The notes under the pieces are model-generated. The model saw only the letters and a program-made list of their open reading frames with translations. It ran no database searches and was not told the DNA's origin. From assembly GCA_947462765.1 (NCBI GenBank), contig CANHQK010000006.1, positions 3,616 to 67,615 of the forward strand: DNA of 64,000 nt, in the 5' to 3' direction. Position numbers and translations under genes: made by a program. This DNA is from Bdellovibrionales bacterium (GTDB lineage: Bacteria > Bdellovibrionota > UBA1018 > CAIMNF01). Positions 19,607 to 32,074 of this stretch are shown in pieces; the stretch's first letter is position 1, and the number at the start of each line of letters is the position of its first letter.

Positions 19607-20724
19607 TTCCCCCTTCCCAGGAATTCCTTGATCGAAGGAAGGATCCCGTCCTTGTTCTCGATCCTGGAAAGAATCACCTGATCATCCGCCTTACCGAAGG
19701 CTTCGTTCAAATCCTTGTAAAATTGGCCGGAACCGTACCTGGAATCGACCTGACCGTAACAGAACACGTTCACCTTGGACAAAAGCGAGGTCTTCAGGAG
19801 CTCGATACAGGACTTGGTGTCCTCAGTGGACCAATTGTCCCCGTCTGAAAAGTGAAAGGGATAGATGTTCCAATCACCGGGCGGGTAATCCGTGGTGATC
19901 ATCTGCTCACACAATTTGTAAGCCGAACTGATGAGTGTGCCCCCGCTTTCGCGTGTCCTGAAAAACGTTTCCTCATCCACTTCCTTGGCCGTAGCATCGT
20001 GGATGATGTAGCGGGTCTCGACTCCCTTATATTGGGAGCGGAGCCAGGTGTTGATCCAGAAGGCTTCTGTCCTGACGATTTCCTTCTGCTCGTCACCCAT
20101 CGAACCGGAGACATCCATCATGTAAATGATCACAGCCGAATTCTCGTGCTGAACATCCGATTTCCAGGACCGGTAGCGCATGTCCTTCTTGATCGGAACA
20201 ATGACCGGATTCGAAGGATCGTAGGTACCGGACGCGATCTGCCGCTTCAGCGCTTCCTTGAAGGTACGCTTGAAGTGCCGCAGCGAATTGGGCCCTTGGG
20301 TGGCGATGGCGGTGTATTTGTCCACCTTCGACTTCAAGGTCTTCTGTCCTCTCGGTTCGATTCGAGGGAGTTCCAACTGCTCGCCTAGAATCTCTGCGAG
20401 CTCCTCGAGAGTGAACTCCACCTCGAGCTCGTGCTCGCCTCCGTCTTTACCCGCTTGCTTGCCGCCCTCGCCCTGCTGTTCGCTCGGATCGCCTTGGCCA
20501 GGAACAGGATCGCCCACATCACCTTCCCCCTGACCGACGCCGCCCTGGTTCGTTCCGTAACGGAACCGGGGGATGTCAATCTGAGGCATGGGAATGGTGA
20601 CCGTGTCCTTGCCCTTGCGACCGATCATCTCGGAATGGGTGATGTACTTCTTGAGATCCTGCTTGATCTTCCCACGGACAATCTGACGAAAACGAGCATG
20701 ATCGCGGCGAGCACCGTCTATCAT
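19603..20724 (-). CDS. yeaH: YeaH/YhbH (DUF444) vWA-like protein
   Basis: DHARFRQIV, Gly-rich linker, [21 protein letters not shown]. Confidence 0.93.
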   Translation of the reverse strand: MIDGARRDHARFRQIVRGKIKQDLKKYITHSEMIGRKGKDTVTIPMPQIDIPRFRYGTNQGGVGQGEGDVGDPVPGQGDPSEQQGEGGKQAGKDGGEHELEVEFTLEELAEILGEQLELPRIEPRGQKTLKSKVDKYTAIATQGPNSLRHFKRTFKEALKRQIASGTYDPSNPVIVPIKKDMRYRSWKSDVQHENSAVIIYMMDVSGSMGDEQKEIVRTEAFWINTWLRSQYKGVETRYIIHDATAKEVDEETFFRTRESGGTLISSAYKLCEQMITTDYPPGDWNIYPFHFSDGDNWSTEDTKSCIELLKTSLLSKVNVFCYGQVDSRYGSGQFYKDLNEAFGKADDQVILSRIENKDGILPSIKEFLGRGK

Positions 20725-20726
20725 GA

Positions 20727-22799
20727 CTAATCCCGCTTCTTCACGTCACCCCGGGCGAAAATGCTCGCCACGAAGTTGAGCACGTCTGTAGCCGAGATCT
20801 CATCATATCCGAAGGATTTGATGAGTCGGGATTTGACCACGTCGATCTTTTCCTGTGTGGCTCGATCCACCACATTGGACACCAGACTGGTCAATTTGAT
20901 CGTGTCCTTCTGGTCCTCGAACAACTTGAGTTCGAGTGCTTTCAGGAGCCTCTCGTTGGTTCTGAAGTCGAAAGTCCGACCCTCGATGGCCAAAGCGCCG
21001 ATGTAGTTCATGATCTCGCGTCGGAAATCATCTTTACGGCTCTCTTGGACTTCGGCTTTCTCCTCGATCGAGCGCATCAGGCGCTCATCGGCCTCCTCAT
21101 CCATACCGGTGTACTTGTTCCGGACTTTTTCCCGCTGGGTATAGGCCTTCACGTTATCGATGTAGTTGCCACAGAGCTTCGCGATCGCGTCCTCATCGGC
21201 AGAAATAGCGCGCTGGACTTCGTTCTTGACGATGTCCTCGTACTCCTGCTTCACCACCCCGATCAGATCGCGATATTCGCGGCGCTTTTCTTCGCTGGCG
21301 ATCAAGCCATGATTCTTCAGCCCGGATTCGAGCTCGTTCAGAATCATGAACGGGTTCACGCAAGGAATCTCACTCTTGACGATGGCGTTCGAAATCTTGT
21401 CCTGAACATAACGAGGGGAGACCCCGTCGAGTCCTTCACGGATGGCTTCCTTGCGGAGCTCTTTCACATTCTCCTCGGAGAAGCCTGAAAGTGCTTTCCC
21501 GTCGTAGAGCTTGAGTTTCTGGATCAAAGAGAGATTGGACTTTTTAGGGTGCTCAAGCCGGGTCAGAATGGCCCACATCGCGGCCACTTCGATCGTGTGG
21601 GGAGCGATGCTCTTGCCACGGATCTTCTGCGGATTGAAGTCCTTCTCGTAGATCTTGATCTCGTGTTTGAGCTTGGTGATGTACGGAATGTCGATCTTGA
21701 CCGTCCGGTCCCGGAGCGCTTCCATGAACTCGTTGTTCTGGAGCTTCCGGAACTCGGGCTCGTTGGTGTGCCCGATAATCACCTCATCGATGTCAGTCTG
21801 GGCGAACTTCTTGGGTTTGATCTTATGCTCTTGAGACGCGGTCAGGAGGTCATAAAGGAACGCCACGTCGAGCTTCAAAACCTCGATGAACTCGATGACG
21901 CCCCGGTTGGCCACGCAGAATTCGCCATCGAAATTGAACGCGCGGGGATCGGAATCCGATCCGTACTCGGCGATTTTCCGGTAATTGATATCACCGGTGA
22001 GTTCCGTGGAATCCTGGTTTTTCTCGTCCTTCGGTTGGAAGGTGCCGATGCCAATCCGGTCTTTCTCAGAAAGAACCACACGGACCACACGGATGTGGTT
22101 CGTCACCACCTGTGCCCAATCCCCCTGGTAACGCTTGAGGAGCTCTCTCATCACAAAACGGGAAGCCGGGTCAATGTCCCCTTTGATCTGGACCTTGTAA
22201 TCCGTCTTGAGCCCCTTGTTGATCTCGGCCAGCACCTGCGCCCGCATTTCTTCGGGAATCAGCTTCAACGGATCTTCGTGCATGGGCGACATCATCTCGG
22301 TCGCACCGCCGAACAGAACCTCTCCTTTACCGGTCGGATCGATCCACTTGAACGTATAAAGCGCACCGGTATCGGTCCGAGAATAGTGCTCGATCCCCTT
22401 CTTCAGGAGCCGGGCGATGGTCGATTTGGCAGAGCCGACCGGACCGTGCAACAGGAGGACCCGTTTCTCGGTACCGTACCCGTAGGCGGCCGATTTGAAG
22501 AAATTGACCAGCTTCATGAGCTGGACATCCAAGCCGAAAACAGCGTCTTTACCGCCATCGATCGGATCATCGAAAAACTTGTAACGGGTGATTTCCTTCT
22601 TGTACTCGACAAAATTGTCGGTTCCCCAGGAAAGGACCATGTCGTACATGCGCTGGAACGCATTCCGGGCGATGTTCGGATTCTTCTTCACCAACTCGAG
22701 GTAATCGAAGAAATTCCCCTCCCAGTTGAGATGGCGGAATTCCTCTTTCATCTGGATTTGATTCAGGTACTTCGACCATTCTTGTGCGGATGCAGTCAT
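20727..22799 (-). CDS. prkA: PrkA/YeaG AAA+ serine kinase-like protein
   Basis: [10 protein letters not shown] Walker [25 protein letters not shown]; ATG 22799 after gaggg. Confidence 0.95.
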   Translation of the reverse strand: MTASAQEWSKYLNQIQMKEEFRHLNWEGNFFDYLELVKKNPNIARNAFQRMYDMVLSWGTDNFVEYKKEITRYKFFDDPIDGGKDAVFGLDVQLMKLVNFFKSAAYGYGTEKRVLLLHGPVGSAKSTIARLLKKGIEHYSRTDTGALYTFKWIDPTGKGEVLFGGATEMMSPMHEDPLKLIPEEMRAQVLAEINKGLKTDYKVQIKGDIDPASRFVMRELLKRYQGDWAQVVTNHIRVVRVVLSEKDRIGIGTFQPKDEKNQDSTELTGDINYRKIAEYGSDSDPRAFNFDGEFCVANRGVIEFIEVLKLDVAFLYDLLTASQEHKIKPKKFAQTDIDEVIIGHTNEPEFRKLQNNEFMEALRDRTVKIDIPYITKLKHEIKIYEKDFNPQKIRGKSIAPHTIEVAAMWAILTRLEHPKKSNLSLIQKLKLYDGKALSGFSEENVKELRKEAIREGLDGVSPRYVQDKISNAIVKSEIPCVNPFMILNELESGLKNHGLIASEEKRREYRDLIGVVKQEYEDIVKNEVQRAISADEDAIAKLCGNYIDNVKAYTQREKVRNKYTGMDEEADERLMRSIEEKAEVQESRKDDFRREIMNYIGALAIEGRTFDFRTNERLLKALELKLFEDQKDTIKLTSLVSNVVDRATQEKIDVVKSRLIKSFGYDEISATDVLNFVASIFARGDVKKRD

Positions 22800-22959
22800 C
22801 GTGACAGGCCCTCTTCTCGACACCAGTGTAGCGATGCAATGGCTCCCCCGTCTAAGGAAAACGCCCTCTGCACCGCATTCCATTCTACAAAGATGATTTA
22901 ACCGGGAGCAACATTTTTCTGCCAAAGTTTTGACTTTTCTGCTCGGATCGAACAAATTG

Positions 22960-23736
22960 ATGACCGTGAGGATCGGAGTCTTTGATTCGGGAATCGGCGG
23001 AGTCACCGTGCTGAAGGAGCTGCGAAAGCAATTTCCCTCCCATCACTACCTGTACTTCGGCGATACCGCGAACGTCCCTTACGGATCGAAGAGCCCCTCC
23101 CAGATCCGCTCCTTGTGTCGGGATGCGGCACTCAGAATGAAACCACACGGCATTGAAGCGCTGGTGATTGCCTGCAATACGGCTGCGAGTCTGGCTCTCA
23201 ATGAATTCAAACAGGTGCTTGATCCGATTCCAGTCCTCGATGTGGTCGAAGCAGGAGTGGAGGCGCTCACTGAGGCGATTCCCGACGGACGTCCGGCCCT
23301 CGTCCTCGGAACCCGGGCGACGATCCGGAGTAAAATCTATTCGAACTCAATTCACTCCAAGTTCCCTGGGGGCCGGGTATTCGAACAGGAGTGTCCGCTT
23401 CTGGTGCCGCTGATCGAAGAAGGCTGGGTGGAACACCCCATCCTTGGCCTGACGGTCGAAGAGTACGTCCGGGAATACCGGAATCTCGACCCCGGAGCCG
23501 CCCTACTGGCCTGCACTCACTACCCCTGGATCAGGAGGGCTTTCGAGGAACGTCTTCCCGGCTGGAAGATTCTCGACTCCGCCGGGGCGTTGGCCCGGAT
23601 CGCGGGCCAGAGACTGTTACAGACTCCATCTGCGCCCCCTCTCGAGCTCTGCGGAGTGACGTGGCTCTTTTCCGATCCGGACGCACTGTCCCGGCACATC
23701 CTGGAAGAGACTGGCCAGAACCTGTCAAAATTCTGA
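22960..23736 (+). CDS. murI: Glutamate racemase
   Basis: [32 protein letters not shown]. Confidence 0.95.
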   Translation: MTVRIGVFDSGIGGVTVLKELRKQFPSHHYLYFGDTANVPYGSKSPSQIRSLCRDAALRMKPHGIEALVIACNTAASLALNEFKQVLDPIPVLDVVEAGVEALTEAIPDGRPALVLGTRATIRSKIYSNSIHSKFPGGRVFEQECPLLVPLIEEGWVEHPILGLTVEEYVREYRNLDPGAALLACTHYPWIRRAFEERLPGWKILDSAGALARIAGQRLLQTPSAPPLELCGVTWLFSDPDALSRHILEETGQNLSKF

Positions 23737-23803
23737 TCTCCCGAGACGCCGACAGAAATCATGGACATCCGCCCCGATCTTGTTCAGACTGAGACCTATT
23801 GCC

Positions 23804-24550
23804 ATGCGTGGAACCTCGAATCTGATCCTGGATTGTGCTTTGATCTCCGACATCGGCCTGAAGCGTAAACAGAACCAAGACACGGGCTCCGTCCGCCCTG
23901 ATTTGGGACTGTTTGTCGTAGCGGACGGCATGGGGGGGCATCAAGGGGGAGAAATCGCGAGCCAACTCTGCGTTGAAACCCTCATTCACACGGTCGAAAC
24001 CCATCCGGAAGTGCCGGATCGCGCCCTGCTCGACCAAGCGATCCAGAACGCAAATGAGGCCATCCTGAAACGGGCTCAAGAAGACTCGAAGCTCCACGGA
24101 ATGGGAACCACTGCAACCGCATTGCTGATCAGGGGTGATACCGCCACACTGCTCCAGGTCGGAGACTCACGCGGATACTTTTGGAACGAAGACGGGATCT
24201 GGCAACTCACCAAAGACCACTCCCTGGTTCAGGAAAAGCTTCGTGCCGGACTGATCAATCGAGAACAGGTGAAGTCTGACGAGATGAAGAATGTCATTAC
24301 GCGCTCCGTCGGATATGAGCCGGGCCTCAAAGCCGACTGCTTCACCATTCAGGTGGCGCGGGGAGACGGATTCCTCCTCTGCTCGGACGGTGTTTCCGGT
24401 CCGGTAGACGATGCACTAATGTTTGAAATTCTTGAAGAAACCAGAAAAAACGGGTTAAGCTTGGGCGAAGCAGCCAAACGACTCATCCATACCGCGAATT
24501 CGAAAAGCGGAGATGACAATGCGACAGTCGTTTTGGTGAAAGTGCTTTAA
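23804..24550 (+). CDS. PP2C-family Ser/Thr phosphatase (Stp1/PrpC type)
   Basis: RKQNQD, VADGMGGH, GTT, VGDSR, LCSDG, DNAT. Confidence 0.94.
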   Translation: MRGTSNLILDCALISDIGLKRKQNQDTGSVRPDLGLFVVADGMGGHQGGEIASQLCVETLIHTVETHPEVPDRALLDQAIQNANEAILKRAQEDSKLHGMGTTATALLIRGDTATLLQVGDSRGYFWNEDGIWQLTKDHSLVQEKLRAGLINREQVKSDEMKNVITRSVGYEPGLKADCFTIQVARGDGFLLCSDGVSGPVDDALMFEILEETRKNGLSLGEAAKRLIHTANSKSGDDNATVVLVKVL

Positions 24551-24558
24551 GCAAAACC

Positions 24559-25488
24559 ATGGCGAACCGCTTTTACACCATCATGATCATTCCGGAGAAT
24601 TCCTCACGCCCGAGGCAATTCAACATTCCTTCGTGGTTGGTTCGGGCCGGGTGGGTGATCTTGCCGGTGCTGGTTCTGATTTCGATCACCCTTTTCCTCG
24701 ATTACCGATTTGTCGCCAACCAGGTCTACGAAAACCGCGAACTCCAATCCGAAAACCGCCGTCTTCGCCAGGACGTACAACTCTACCAGAACAGGATGGA
24801 GTCACTCGAAGCGAGTCTCGATCGCATTGAGAACTTTTCGGCCCGCCTGAAAATGATCACCAACCTGATGGATCAAGACCAGCTGTCCAGGCATATCGAG
24901 TTGCCACCACCCAATGCGGCCCAGAATCTCGCTTTTGCTGCGAAGGAGCCACTTGCCACCCAGGCGGCGGGTGAAAACCCGACTTCCAGCGAAGACACCA
25001 AGTTCGAGAAAGTCAGCTTCAAATCGCTTGAACTCGAACAATCCTTGCACGATCTCTATGAACTGCTTTCCGATCAGAAGTCTTTCCTGAACGCCCTGCC
25101 GACCAAGAAACCCGCTGACGGTTATTTCACCTCGGGGTTCGGAGTCCGGGTATCGCCTCTCGGTGACGGTGCGGAGAAAATGCACGAAGGGCTCGATGTC
25201 GCCAATGCCGTAGGGACGCCGATCAAGGCCCCCGCCCAAGCGACAGTGGTTTTTGCCGGAAGAAAATCCGGTTACGGGCAAATCGTGATCCTGGACCACG
25301 GGTACGGTCTGGAAACCTGGTACGGTCACACGTCACGGATCATCGTCAAGCCCGGGCAACTGGTGAAACGGGGGCAGCTGATCGCGCTGATCGGCAACTC
25401 CGGTAAATCGACCGGTGCCCACCTCCACTACGAAGTGAGGGTGCACGGGATCCCTGTGGACCCCTTGGCCTATATTTTGGAAAATTAA
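24559..25488 (+). CDS. M23 metallopeptidase with TM anchor and coiled coil
   Basis: HEGLD and HLHYEV intact Zn motifs. Confidence 0.92.
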   Translation: MANRFYTIMIIPENSSRPRQFNIPSWLVRAGWVILPVLVLISITLFLDYRFVANQVYENRELQSENRRLRQDVQLYQNRMESLEASLDRIENFSARLKMITNLMDQDQLSRHIELPPPNAAQNLAFAAKEPLATQAAGENPTSSEDTKFEKVSFKSLELEQSLHDLYELLSDQKSFLNALPTKKPADGYFTSGFGVRVSPLGDGAEKMHEGLDVANAVGTPIKAPAQATVVFAGRKSGYGQIVILDHGYGLETWYGHTSRIIVKPGQLVKRGQLIALIGNSGKSTGAHLHYEVRVHGIPVDPLAYILEN

Positions 25489-25502
25489 ATGAAGAGGACA
25501 TC

Positions 25503-28241
25503 ATGATCAACCAACTCAGCCAGATTGGCAGAAAAATTTTTGGAACCCAGAACGAGCGTGAGCTGAAAACCATCGGCCCGATCCTCGACCGGATCAACTC
25601 TTTTGAACCCAAAATGAAGGCATTGACCAATGACGACCTGAAAGCACAAACCGTGAAATTCAGGGAGAGGTTGGCCCGGGGTGAGAAAATCGACTCAATT
25701 CTCCCGGAAGCTTTCGCCACCGTCAGGGAAGCCGCTTGGCGCGTGATCGGGCAACGTCACTACGATGTCCAGCTGGTGGGTGGCATCACTCTTCATCGTG
25801 GACGGATCGCCGAAATGAAGACCGGTGAAGGAAAGACCCTGGTTGCGACCCTGCCCTCCTACACCAATGCACTCGAAGGCAAAGGCGTGCATGTGATCAC
25901 GGTGAACGACTACCTCGCCCGCCGCGATAGCGAGTGGATGGGCCGTGTTTACGGGTTCCTCGGTCTCTCGACCGGAATCATCATGCACGGACTCAGCGAC
26001 CGCCAACGCCAGATCAACTACGGTTGTGACATCACCTACGGGACGAATAACGAGTTCGGATTCGATTATCTGCGGGACAACATGAAGTTCCGTCTCGAGG
26101 ATTATGTCCAGCGCGAGCTGAATTATGCCATCATCGACGAGGTCGACTCGATTCTGATCGACGAAGCCAGGACTCCGCTCATCATCTCCGGGCCTTCCGA
26201 AGACTCGACCGAGTTGTATTATATCATCGACCGGCAGATCCGGGCGGATGGCGGTTTGTCGAAGGACACGGATTACACAGTCGATGAGAAATCCAAAACG
26301 GCGGCCCTTACCGAGTCCGGTGTGGACAAGATGGAGCAAAGGCTCGGCATCAAGAACCTCTATGATCCCGCTAATATCGAGCTCCTCCACCACGTAAACC
26401 AAGCCTTGAGAGCGCACGTGCTCTTCAAGCGCGACGTCGATTACGTCGTCAAGGAGGGCGAAGTCTGCATTGTGGACGAGTTCACGGGGCGTCTCATGCC
26501 GGGACGTCGCTGGAGTGACGGGCTCCACCAGGCCGTCGAAGCGAAAGAGGGGGTGAAAATCGAGAGCGAGAACCAAACCCTCGCCACCATCACTTTCCAG
26601 AATTACTTCCGGATGTATAAAAAGCTTTCCGGCATGACCGGAACGGCCGACACCGAGGCCACGGAATTCAAACAGATTTACAATCTGGATGTCACGATCA
26701 TCCCGACCAACCGGACCAACATCCGGAAAGACGATGCCGATACCATCTACAAGTCCGAATCTTCGAAGATCAAAGCCATCCTCGAAGAAATCAAGACGGC
26801 TCACGAGCGCGGACAACCCGTCCTGGTGGGAACGGTCTCGGTGAATAAATCGGAGGAACTCTCCCGTCATTTGAAAACGGCAGGAATCCGTCACAATGTA
26901 TTGAATGCAAAACAACATGAGCGCGAGGCGGACATTGTCGCCCAAGCGGGCCGTAAAGGTGCGGTGACCATCTCCACCAACATGGCGGGTCGCGGAACCG
27001 ATATCCTTCTCGGTGGAAATGCCGAGTTTCTCGCCAAACAAGCCACCGGTCCTCTCGCTCCGGAAGCCACTGAAGAAGAGCATGCCGCTTGGAAAGCCAG
27101 CCTGGAGGAGAATATGAAGCGCTGGGCGGACGATGTCGAGCGCGAGCGCAACGAAGTGAAGAACCTGGGAGGTCTGTACATCCTGGGCACTGAACGCCAC
27201 GAATCGAGGCGGATCGACAACCAGCTCCGTGGGCGTGCAGGCCGTCAGGGCGATCCGGGCAAATCCAAGTTTTACTTGTCGCTCGATGACGATCTCATGC
27301 GTATTTTCGGAGGGGTCAATATCAAGAGATTCATGGAAGACGACGCTCCGATCGAGCACCCGTGGATCACCAAGGCGATTGCCAATGCCCAGAAAAAGGT
27401 CGAGGGACACAACTACGACATCCGGAAACACCTCCTCGAATACGATGATGTGATGAACCAGCAACGGAAGGTCGTTTACGCTTGGCGCCGGGAAGTTCTC
27501 GGTCAGGCGAACCTCCGAGAGATGGTGTTTTCCATGGTGGAAGAAATCAATTCGGCTATCGCCGAGGATTTTTTCCCGGGTGGCAAGATCCGTAAAATCG
27601 ACGGCGCGTCCTCTCTCAACCTGAAGGAACTCAACGAAGCGCTAGCCGTGACCTATCAGATCCAGACGGATATCCGCGAGTCGGACATCCAGCCTCTGAC
27701 GGGTGAAGGACTCCGAAAGCTCCTCTCCGGACTTACCGAAGAGGCCTATCGTGCTAAGGAAACCCAATACGGGGCGGACCTCGTCCGTCAGGTCGAGAAG
27801 ATGGTCCTCCTGGGAACCATCGACCACTTGTGGAAAGATCACCTGCTTGCCATGGACCATCTCCGTGACGGAATCGGGCTGCAAGGTTACGGTCAAAAAG
27901 ACCCTCTCGTAGAGTATAAAAAACAGGGATTCAAATTCTTCGAGATGATGATGGCCCAGATCACCGGTGACGTGGTCCGGAAGCTGTTTGCCGTCCAGAT
28001 CACTGCTGAACCGACTGATTCCTTCGAGGCGGAAGAGATTCATGAAGCACCTGTTCAAGGCGCAGTCCGGACTCTCGACGATGCTCCACCGGCCAGTCCC
28101 CGGATGATCTCGGCTGCCGAGGCCCTGAAAGGATTGGGACCTCTGCCTCCCGGCACAGATCTCTCCAGCATCGGGCGGAATGACGAGTGCCCCTGTGGAA
28201 GCGGCAAGAAATTCAAAAAATGCCACGGAGTACATCTCTAA
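25503..28241 (+). CDS. secA: Preprotein translocase ATPase SecA
   Basis: [42 protein letters not shown] motif [18 protein letters not shown]. Confidence 0.98.
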   Translation: MINQLSQIGRKIFGTQNERELKTIGPILDRINSFEPKMKALTNDDLKAQTVKFRERLARGEKIDSILPEAFATVREAAWRVIGQRHYDVQLVGGITLHRGRIAEMKTGEGKTLVATLPSYTNALEGKGVHVITVNDYLARRDSEWMGRVYGFLGLSTGIIMHGLSDRQRQINYGCDITYGTNNEFGFDYLRDNMKFRLEDYVQRELNYAIIDEVDSILIDEARTPLIISGPSEDSTELYYIIDRQIRADGGLSKDTDYTVDEKSKTAALTESGVDKMEQRLGIKNLYDPANIELLHHVNQALRAHVLFKRDVDYVVKEGEVCIVDEFTGRLMPGRRWSDGLHQAVEAKEGVKIESENQTLATITFQNYFRMYKKLSGMTGTADTEATEFKQIYNLDVTIIPTNRTNIRKDDADTIYKSESSKIKAILEEIKTAHERGQPVLVGTVSVNKSEELSRHLKTAGIRHNVLNAKQHEREADIVAQAGRKGAVTISTNMAGRGTDILLGGNAEFLAKQATGPLAPEATEEEHAAWKASLEENMKRWADDVERERNEVKNLGGLYILGTERHESRRIDNQLRGRAGRQGDPGKSKFYLSLDDDLMRIFGGVNIKRFMEDDAPIEHPWITKAIANAQKKVEGHNYDIRKHLLEYDDVMNQQRKVVYAWRREVLGQANLREMVFSMVEEINSAIAEDFFPGGKIRKIDGASSLNLKELNEALAVTYQIQTDIRESDIQPLTGEGLRKLLSGLTEEAYRAKETQYGADLVRQVEKMVLLGTIDHLWKDHLLAMDHLRDGIGLQGYGQKDPLVEYKKQGFKFFEMMMAQITGDVVRKLFAVQITAEPTDSFEAEEIHEAPVQGAVRTLDDAPPASPRMISAAEALKGLGPLPPGTDLSSIGRNDECPCGSGKKFKKCHGVHL

Positions 28242-28243
28242 GC

Positions 28244-29359
28244 ATGGCCAATGATGGGAACCCGCCGGAAAAGAAAGACCTGACGGGGATCCTTGAGCTT
28301 CCTCAGATCGACCCGGTAGGAGACGACGGATCCGCCGTTCCGGAGGATCCTTTCGCGGTCAACGAACTCAAACCCATCGAAACCATCGACACCTTCGAAT
28401 CGATCGACCAGATCGGAATGATGGATCATGAGCCACCTCCGGAGGAGCCCGCCCCCGCGGAAGCCCCGGCTGATGCTCCGCTGGCAGATCCCTTTCAAGG
28501 TCTGGATCCGGTCCTCGAACCGGACCAGGCACCGATCGATCTCCCGGATCCGTTCGCCCCTCAAGCTGAGGCTACCGGAATGGCGGTTCCGTCGACAGAA
28601 GCTCCTGTGATGGATTCGGCACCACCGATGGATTTTCTCCAGGACTTCCCTTCCCCGGCTGAGAATCCAGTCGCACCGGCGACCACAACACCTTCTCTCC
28701 CCCCTCTCGATACGATCCGTACTTATGCCGAGAAAGTGAAAGAAGCACCTTTCCTGCCGGGGACACGCTTCCCACACCACTTGCTGGTCTCTGGCGAGTT
28801 CGATCTTTACTCCCGGGATAAGCTACTGCTTTTCATTACGGAGAATGATGTCGGGATTTCCTCGAGTGAACTCGACTTCCAAATCTCTGCAGGTCGGGTT
28901 TTATTTTCCCGTATCAGCGAGTTTGCGGGAATCAAACTCATCCAGGATATGCGGGATTCCGGTCTTCAGTTCCTTCTGAAACCCTCACCCCGTGATCCGG
29001 ATGAGGTCCTGCCCGAATCCCCCGCGTCGCGATTCCGATACGAAGGATCCCGCACCGAGACTGCTGTGGATCGAAAAATTCCGGTTCTTCCTCCTTCTGC
29101 GGCAAAGGAGGCCGGCTATGTCGTTTTTGACTCGATTCGGATGGTCCAATATCTCAGAGCTGAAATGCTTGAGGTCGAAAAATCGGAACTTTTCCAGGAA
29201 TTGATCGAGCGAATGACCGAGGCTTTGAAGCGACGTGCCCGCCTCAAGGGAGCTGAGGCCCTGGGCTCCCTGGAGCACAGAGTCTCTCCTTTACGGCTCC
29301 CCTCGCAGTATGAGGTCGAACTGAGCGCAAGCCTTCTCAAAAAGAGTGTCTCCGGTTAA
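28244..29359 (+). CDS. Hypothetical protein with acidic Pro-rich disordered N-terminus and YbjQ-like C-terminal motif
   Basis: ATG 2 nt after the secA stop; about 150 aa D/E/P-rich; EALKRRARLKGAEAL. Confidence 0.7.
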   Translation: MANDGNPPEKKDLTGILELPQIDPVGDDGSAVPEDPFAVNELKPIETIDTFESIDQIGMMDHEPPPEEPAPAEAPADAPLADPFQGLDPVLEPDQAPIDLPDPFAPQAEATGMAVPSTEAPVMDSAPPMDFLQDFPSPAENPVAPATTTPSLPPLDTIRTYAEKVKEAPFLPGTRFPHHLLVSGEFDLYSRDKLLLFITENDVGISSSELDFQISAGRVLFSRISEFAGIKLIQDMRDSGLQFLLKPSPRDPDEVLPESPASRFRYEGSRTETAVDRKIPVLPPSAAKEAGYVVFDSIRMVQYLRAEMLEVEKSELFQELIERMTEALKRRARLKGAEALGSLEHRVSPLRLPSQYEVELSASLLKKSVSG

Positions 29360-29368
29360 GGTAGGGGC

Positions 29369-30115
29369 ATGGCCCTGCATTTCACGAAATACCACGCGAA
29401 CGGCAATGACTTCATTCTGATTGATCATCGGGATTCATCCTGGAGCCCCACCCGTGCGGAGATCGCCCGTCTCTGCCACCGTCGCTACGGCATTGGAGCC
29501 GATGGCCTGATCCTGCTCACCCGGGTCGAGGGGTATGATTTCGGCATGAGAAATTATAACTCTGACGGGGGCGAGTGCACCATGTGCGGGAATGGCGGCC
29601 GGGCCCTCCTCCGCTTCGCCGCCGACCTCGGAATATCGGATGGAGAATCCCGTTTTCTTGCTATCGACGGAGAGCACTCCGGGAAGATCGTCGGCGAGAC
29701 CGTTTCGATCCGCATGCAATCGGTGACCACCATCAGCGAAACTCCGGCAGGGTTCGTCCTGGATACGGGCTCGCCTCACCTGGTGATTCCGGTTAGCGGA
29801 CTCATCGATTACGATGTTGTGGGTGAAGGACGTCGGATCCGGAATTCATCCCAGTTCATGCCCAACGGGATCAATGTGAATTTCTACGAAAAAAAAGAAA
29901 ACCGGATCTTCTTGAGGACCTATGAGCGCGGAGTTGAGGATGAAACACTGTCCTGTGGAACAGGCGCCATTGCCACGGCCATCGTAACGGATAGCAATCT
30001 CGTTCATTGTGTAGGGGGCGAGTTGCGTGTGGAGTACCGCAAGATCACTCCGGATCGGATCGATGACATCTGGTTGTCAGGAAAAGTAGAGAAGACCTTC
30101 CAAGGAGTGCTATGA
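29369..30115 (+). CDS. dapF: Diaminopimelate epimerase
   Basis: KYHANGNDF, GIGADG, MCGNG, TGSPH, ERGVEDETLSCGTG. Confidence 0.95.
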   Translation: MALHFTKYHANGNDFILIDHRDSSWSPTRAEIARLCHRRYGIGADGLILLTRVEGYDFGMRNYNSDGGECTMCGNGGRALLRFAADLGISDGESRFLAIDGEHSGKIVGETVSIRMQSVTTISETPAGFVLDTGSPHLVIPVSGLIDYDVVGEGRRIRNSSQFMPNGINVNFYEKKENRIFLRTYERGVEDETLSCGTGAIATAIVTDSNLVHCVGGELRVEYRKITPDRIDDIWLSGKVEKTFQGVL

Positions 30116-30933
30116 ATCAGAATTGGACGGACATCACCAATATCGAAAACCTGATCCATCGATTGCTCATCCCCTTCTTGCTGAAAGTCATTGGAGCCTT
30201 CGCTTTGTGGACCGCCGGAACCTTGGTGATCCGCTGGGCGAAGCGCCTACTCGGTACGGCCCTCAAGTCACGGAATATCGACCCCACACTGATCCTTTAC
30301 GCAAACCAGACCCTTGCCCTGTCGATCCGGACTCTGGCCGTTGTTGCGATTCTGGGTCTTTTTGGAATCGAGACCACTTCCTTCTCGGCGGTCTTGGCCG
30401 CTGCCGGAGTTGCGATCGGTGTGGCCTGGTCGGGTCTCCTCTCAAACTTCGCTGCAGGCATCTTCCTGATTGTTTTCCGTCCATTCAAGGCCGGTGATGT
30501 CATCCAGGGTGCTGGGGTCAGCGGAGTCGTGCGGGAGATCGGGTTGTTTGCCACATTGATCGATAATGCCGACCAACAGCGCATCTTTGTGGCCAACCAC
30601 AAACTCTTTTCGGATAACATCGTGAACTCAAGCTCGCACCCCTGGCGTCTTGCCTCATTCAAGGTCCATTTGGGATTGATGGCTGATGCCGATCGAGCCA
30701 TCCGTGAAATCACGGAGATTCTCGCAAGTCTACCCGGGGTCAGATCCCATCCGCCTGTCTCCGGTGAGATCGTCGAGCTCAATGCTCACACCCTCGTGCT
30801 TCAATTCAAGGCCGCATGCACTCAGGCAGACCATGCGTCGGTTTTGTCCGCAGGTCACTCCCGGATCCATAGCGCATTAAAAGCAGGAGGACATCCACTC
30901 CCCCATTCAACTGGGGCGCCACTCAACCCGTAG
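30112..30933 (+). CDS. mscS: MscS mechanosensitive channel
   Basis: AVLAAAGVAIGVAWSGLLSNFAAG, RPFKAGD, GVVREIGLFAT. Confidence 0.9.
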   Translation: MNQNWTDITNIENLIHRLLIPFLLKVIGAFALWTAGTLVIRWAKRLLGTALKSRNIDPTLILYANQTLALSIRTLAVVAILGLFGIETTSFSAVLAAAGVAIGVAWSGLLSNFAAGIFLIVFRPFKAGDVIQGAGVSGVVREIGLFATLIDNADQQRIFVANHKLFSDNIVNSSSHPWRLASFKVHLGLMADADRAIREITEILASLPGVRSHPPVSGEIVELNAHTLVLQFKAACTQADHASVLSAGHSRIHSALKAGGHPLPHSTGAPLNP

Positions 30934-32065
30934 GGGCGAGTCTCAACACTCTCTTCTCGACATCAATCACAATGGCGGAACAATCCTCACCCGGAAAGGT
31001 CTCGCCTTCATTCAACCGGGACTTGATAAGAAATGCCAGTTCGTTCACCAAGGCGAACGGCTCACGTTCGAGTCGATCCCTGAACACACGGTCCAGATGG
31101 AACTCGCCCCCAACCCCCTTGACGAACCCGTCCGACAGGAGGATCAGACGGTCTTTTGGCTGGAGTTTCAGAATCTTCTCCTCAGATTCCGCCGGAATGT
31201 GTCGATTGCTGATGGCCTCTCCATTCCGCTCGAGCTTCTTGGAAATCCCGCCCGGATCGACCACAAACCCCTCCACAGATCCGAAAAGCTGGTAGTGTAG
31301 ACTGAAATCCCGGCGATTCAGGCGTCCAAAAAACATACTGAAATGGCCCTGGTCCCCTAGCGTCAGACGAAGCTCCTCATAGATGTTGCGCACCCACTGC
31401 GAAGGGGTGACCTGATGATCATTCGCCATCCTGGCCGAGCAAGACAGGATCATGCCAAGGATGGCGGCCGAAACGCCATAGCTCGAGGAGTCAACCAGAA
31501 GGAAGTTCACGAAGTCTTTCTTGTCGGACTCGAATACATCGAAATAATCCCCCCCCGGCTTGAGTCCTGAAAGGTGCTTTGACATGATTTGAAGCCCCTT
31601 GATCCCTGAATAACGCTTCGGCGTTTTGGCTTGGAGGATCCTCTCAAGTGTGACGTTCGCTTCGACGAGATCGCGTTCGGCCGACACTGCCTCTGCCAGT
31701 AATTCTTCCGCTCGAATGCGTTCGTGGTGATGCTTCACCACACTCAGCAATTCGGGAATCCGGAAAGGATGCACCAACAGATCCGAAACGAGTCCGACAT
31801 CCTTGCCTTCCGGCAACCCGTCTTCATCTTCAAGAACCAGCACAATAGATTTTCCCGAGCGGTCGACACTTTCCAGCCATTGCTGCCATCCGGGACGGGC
31901 AGAATCGATGAGGATCAAATTGGAGAGAATCTCCCCGGCCGGAGTCGGCGCCCCTCCCAACGCACCTCCCAGACCACGTTGGAAGACCTTGATCTCATTG
32001 ATCCAATGTTGCTCGGTCTCACGATCCCGTCCGAGGATGCTGAAATGGAACTGTGGCTTATTCAT
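30923..32065 (-). CDS. SpoIIE/RsbU-like PP2C phosphatase with degenerate receiver-like N-terminus
   Basis: GGDYFD, LVDSSSYGVSAA, LSDGF, EDCSAIVID. Confidence 0.8.
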   Translation of the reverse strand: MNKPQFHFSILGRDRETEQHWINEIKVFQRGLGGALGGAPTPAGEILSNLILIDSARPGWQQWLESVDRSGKSIVLVLEDEDGLPEGKDVGLVSDLLVHPFRIPELLSVVKHHHERIRAEELLAEAVSAERDLVEANVTLERILQAKTPKRYSGIKGLQIMSKHLSGLKPGGDYFDVFESDKKDFVNFLLVDSSSYGVSAAILGMILSCSARMANDHQVTPSQWVRNIYEELRLTLGDQGHFSMFFGRLNRRDFSLHYQLFGSVEGFVVDPGGISKKLERNGEAISNRHIPAESEEKILKLQPKDRLILLSDGFVKGVGGEFHLDRVFRDRLEREPFALVNELAFLIKSRLNEGETFPGEDCSAIVIDVEKRVLRLAPTG

Positions 32066-32074
32066 GTTGTCCTC

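Noticed and set aside
22830-22927. Sigma54 promoter for prkA
   Set aside because: TGGCAG...TTGCT has 12 nt between GG and GC (10 required); the alternative GG-N10-GC site lacks the TGGCAC context
25695-27464. Long antisense ORFs (589 aa here; also 21549-22901, 35418-36593, 44310-45665, 52539-54086)
   Set aside because: They are shadows of well-conserved genes on the opposite strand, expected from GC-rich codon bias, and show no recognisable motifs
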